A stretch of DNA of 64,000 nucleotides from Schmidtea nova. Its lineage: Eukaryota. The position numbers were made by a program, and so were the translations under genes. The stretch spans positions 473,928,001 through 473,992,000 of the forward strand of contig CM097882.1 in the NCBI GenBank assembly GCA_044892505.1, written 5' to 3'. Below the pieces are notes generated by a model, which saw only the letters and a program-made list of their open reading frames with translations, made no database searches and was not told the origin of the DNA. This document shows, piece after piece, positions 59,831 to 64,000 of this stretch. The number at the start of each line of letters is the position of its first letter. Positions within the stretch are counted from its first letter, which is position 1.

Positions 59831-61476
59831 ATGAAAACAATATATGAAGAAGATAGTTTGAAATGAAATTTTGTTAAGCCTAATAACTATTATCACAAAA
59901 AGTCTTAGGTATTTTTTATGTTTAAATGAAATTTATAATATATTAGTAATCTAGATACTGATGAATACTGTTAATAACTATTTTGTGTGTTTATTTATTA
60001 GTGATTTAAAAGCGACTTTTAATATCAATTAAAATAACGATTTTATTGACCTATTGTTAATGTAAAACTAATAACTACTTAAAACAATGTGCCAAATATT
60101 TAGTAGATATATTTTAAGATTTTACCACACCCTTTTCAAAATTCCCGTCAATGAATTGAAAATAAAAATTATTTTGAAATCCTTTCCAATTTTTATTTAA
60201 ACAAAATATTTATAAACTACTTTTTTTGAACATGCTAAATTTTCGTCAACATTTGACTATACTTATTTAAAAGTCAACCTAATGTTCATTTACACACACT
60301 ATATTCCGCGAAAGTTCATGTACACACATACAATTAATTCCCGCTAAATCTAGTTTATACATACTATAATCATTCGATCGTAAATCTTATGAGGGAGGGG
60401 GTTAAGTGACCTAGATGTCACAAATCATACTACTGCTCCTAAAGAAATGTTAATGACTACAAGAAGGTTGATCCTAAATATGTTTTGAGGGTTTTGCTGC
60501 TTACAAAAGTTCAATAGCAGCCTAAAGGTCTGATTTTATTGCCAGAAGGCTCTTAGAGCCAGCGTTCCCAAATTTTTCCCTCAACCTTGACACATAGTGG
60601 AAAGTAAGACCTTATTTTACTATTGTTAGTGTGCTGAAGGAGCACTTCGATTGTACAAAAGCAAAAGAGTACAAAAGATTTTAATAATCACGAAATGTTC
60701 AAAAAAGAATATTAAACTTTAAAAATGGTGTATATACGGCGAATTTAGCGCTAGCTTGTGACGTTTCTAGAAATGTACTTGGTTGTGTTAACTTGACGCG
60801 AGATGGTACAGCCTGTAAGCGTTACTTTATTATTCTACACCAACAGTCTGCAATTAAGGGCCATAAAGACACTTAATACAGGCAGTTGGTATTTATTATC
60901 TTCTTATTTAATTTTTAATTTAATTTTTTTGCTATGTATTTAAGCAATTTAGCATATTTTAAATTTATTTAATATTTTAAGTTAAATAACAATTTATTTT
61001 ATCTAGATATTTTTTAGATATTTATGAAATACAGAAAAAAGTAAGTCTTTATAATTTTATCAGCTTATTTTTTAAACATTTGGATATTGTTTATGTGTAT
61101 ACATTGTAGCTAATTGTATTCAAGAAGTTTTTCATTTCTTCCAAAGTAATCCAATAATTTTGGTCTACAATCAATTCATTGTATTCCACTTTCTTCAATT
61201 ATTAGGCTAACATTTTATTTGCCTCTTTTCCCTGCTGTAAGAATGCCAGTTTTTCTACCTCGACACTATGTCTTTAATAATCTTAGGTTCAAAACCTATT
61301 TACCTGCCGAATTCTTCATAATTTTCACGCCGTTTCATTACTTCTTTTAATAATTTTTTGTCATGTTTAGATTATCTATAAAATTTTAAGTTAAAAATTA
61401 AAAATTAAAATTTGTTTTACGTTTTTCGATGTTTTCTTTCTACAATTTCGGCCGTTTGAGGCATTATAGCTTCATT

Positions 61477-61852
61477 TTCTGCATTTCTAAAAATATTTTT
61501 TTAAATTTTTTTAATATAATTTCAAGTTTACATTTCTTCTTGATCCTCTCCAATAAATGGTACAGTTGATTCCAAAAACGTTTCTGAAATATCATTATAA
61601 ATCATGATTTTTTAAAATTTTAAAATCCCTTAATTAAAGACTGTCCCTTAAATTATGACCATGTGTTTGTATTTTTCATTATAGGTTTTTTGTGTGTTGT
61701 GTAAGTGTGTTTTTTTTACCTAATTTATTTTTCTTATTTTCTATAATATAGGCCCGTAATTTATGACCGTGCTTTTTTACTTTGTCCTAATCTGCAGTAG
61801 GTATGTATATTTTTTCTATATATAAAATTATTTGTTATTATAGATACTTTAA
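61477..61852. repeat. dispersed repeat, copy 2 (homologous to 49077-49432)
   Basis: See copy 1. Confidence 0.7.
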
Positions 61853-62118
61853 ATTTTAGTAGGAGGATGTGTCCTGTCTGAACCACTATGAGTTATCGCG
61901 CGTTTTTTGGCGCCATTTTTAAAGTGTGTTTTGTTTAAATGTTTGGATTTTTTTTTATTATTTTTATTTTATTATTAAATTATTTCTTTTTTTTTATTTA
62001 AATAATTTTTTTTTTATTAATTTATTTTAATTAGTTATTTATTTTTTTAAAAATATTATTAATTTACTTTTGTTAATATAATTTATTATTGTTCTTAAGT
62101 AGACAGAAGTGTGCACCA

Positions 62119-62262
62119 TGAGTCATCGCAGAACAAAGGAAATGACGTCATCGATGAGTCATCCATGACCCCCTCCCCCCGCCCGATGACTCACTTTTTT
62201 CTTTGTTATGACTCATCAATGACTCATCACATGACTCATCGCATGACTCATCGCATGACTCA
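62119..62262. promoter_or_regulatory. cluster of 8 AP-1/GCN4-type TGA(C/G)TCA sites plus one CRE (TGACGTCA)
   Basis: Heptamers at 62119, 62155, 62187, 62209, 62220, 62232, 62244 and 62256; CRE at 62143. Confidence 0.6.
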
Positions 62263-62321
62263 TTTCAAATTTTAAATTTAAATTGCCAAAGGTCAAATAA
62301 GGTCAAACCTTCAAACAAGGG

Positions 62322-63645
62322 TATCATTCGAAAGGTCTTGGAGAGGTCTATACAATGGTCATACCTTCGAAGGTGTATGTGGGTGCTCAAACTTCAAAGG
62401 GTGCAAAACCTTCAAACTTTTTCAAACCTTGTGTGTAATATATCATTCGAAAGGTATTTGAGAGGTAAGTATGTTGGTCATACCTTCGAAGGTGTATGGT
62501 GGGTGCTCAAACTTCAAAGGGTGCAAAACCTTCAAACTTTTTCAAACCTTGTGTGTAATATATCATTCGAAAGGTATTTGAGAGGTAAGTATGTTGGTCA
62601 TACCCTCGAAGGTGTATGGTGGGTGCTCAACCTTCAAAGGGTGCAAAACCTTCAACCTTTTTCAAACCTTGTGTTTAATATATCATTCGAAAGGTATTTG
62701 AGAGGTAAGTATGTTGGTCATACCGTCGAAGGTTTATGGTGGGTGCTCAACCTTCAAAGGGTGCAAAACCTTCAAACTTTTTCAAACCTTGTGTGTAATA
62801 TATCATTCGAAAGGTATTTGAGAGGTAAGTATGTTGGTCATACCCTCGAAGGTGTATGGTGGGTGCTCAACCTTCAAAGGGTGCAAAACCTTCAAAGTTT
62901 TTCAAACCTTGTGTGTAATATATCATTCGAAAGGTATTTGAGAGGTAAGTATGTTGGTCATACTCTCGAAGGTTTATGGTGGGTGCTCTACCTTCAAAGG
63001 GTGCAAAACCTTCAAAGTTTTTCAAATCTTGTGTGTAATATATCATTCGAAAGGTATTTGAGAGGTAAGTAAAATGGTCCTACCCTCAAAGGTGTATGGT
63101 GGGTCCTGAACCTTCAAGGGGTCAAAAACCTTCAAATTTTTTTCAAACATTATAATATATATATATCAAACAAAAGGTAATTGAGATGTGCACACAATGG
63201 TCATACCTTCGAAGGTCTATGGAGGGTCCTTAACCTTCAAGGGGTCAAAAACCTTCAACCTTTTTCAAACCTTGTGTGTAATATATCAAACAAAATGCAT
63301 TGGTGATGTAAGTATCATGGTCATACTTTCAAAGGTTAATGGTGGGTGCTCAACCTTCAAGGGGTCAAAAACCTTCAAATTTTTCAAACCTTATAATATA
63401 TATATCAAACAAAAGGTAATTGAGATGTGCACACAATGGTCATACCTTCGAAGGTCTATGGTGGATGCTAAACCTCCAAGGGGTCAAAAACCTTTAAAAA
63501 TTTTTAAACATTACAAGTTATATATCAAACAAAAGGTAATTGAGAGTTGAGTATGATGGTCAACCCTCGAAGGGTCCAAGGTTCAAAACTATTTAATATA
63601 TGTATCAAACAAAAAGTAATTGAAATTTGAGTATGATGGTCATAT
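62322..63645. repeat. about 11-unit tandem array, 120-bp period
   Basis: Exact 120-bp period from 62441 to 63041, then diverged 118-123-bp units; core GGTCATACCTTCGAAGG. Confidence 0.95.
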
Positions 63646-63738
63646 TCATGTGTGTGTATGTGTTCAAATTTTTTTTTTAACACAAATTTTTTTAACACAA
63701 ATATTTTTTTTTTTAACACAAATATGAGTCATCAAGAA

Positions 63739-64000
63739 ACATTGCAATCCATGTGCAATATTAACAAAGACATTGCAATCCATGTGCAATATTAACAAAG
63801 ACATTTAATTGGTATAATAATTAAACAAATACATTTCGATGCCAAAACACCTAAACAAAGACATTTCGATGCCAAGAAGCCAAACAAAGACATTTCATTG
63901 CCAAATTTCTTAACAAAGACATTTCATTGCCAAAATAACTTAACAAAGACATATCATTGCCAAAATAACTTAACAAAGACATATCATTGCCCAAAATAAC
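63739..64000. repeat. tandem array of about 9 units of 29-31 bp, running off the window end
   Basis: ACAT(T/A)(T/G)C..TGCCAAA...TAACAAAG repeats. Confidence 0.9.

Noticed and set aside
62338-63072. 244-aa ORF with 40-aa repeats
   Set aside because: By-product of a stop-free 120-bp repeat; TTG start and no domain features.
62322-64000. CRISPR-like array
   Set aside because: No unique spacers, eukaryotic context, no cas genes.

Overview
AT-rich eukaryotic (apparently invertebrate animal) DNA with two assembly gaps, made mostly of transposon debris. The centrepiece is a young 14,926-bp Ty3/Gypsy-type LTR retroelement on the minus strand (18318-33243). It has 1,049-bp LTRs differing at 2 positions, a GCTA target-site duplication, a tRNA-Trp-type PBS and a PPT. 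Its organisation is very unusual. One reading frame runs Gag capsid, 4 zinc knuckles, repeats, two helical+ubiquitin-like modules, an AT-hook, an internal signal peptide, a chuvirus-type (class III-like) envelope glycoprotein with TM, a tail with PTAP and LYPx3L late-domain motifs, and the aspartic protease. After a single in-frame TAA the same frame continues RT-RNaseH-integrase and then a second signal peptide/ectodomain/TM. A third ORF carries a catalytically degenerate ISG20/REX4-like exonuclease fold and possibly a degenerate AlkB-like fold. So env sits between gag and pro rather than after pol. Elsewhere: two paralogous small secreted-peptide genes (C-x22-C-LKSR[YF]), one with the NPY/NPF-type intron giving a C-terminal RYG; a defective full-length mariner; a solo LTR; hAT, piggyBac, Penelope and Gypsy remnants; fragments of a Polinton/virus-like element (pPolB, TBP-like gene, AP-1 site cluster, 120-bp and 30-bp arrays); and probable 3' exons of a host gene. 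No rRNA, tRNA or CRISPR was seen. Domain calls come from by-eye motif comparison, not database searches.
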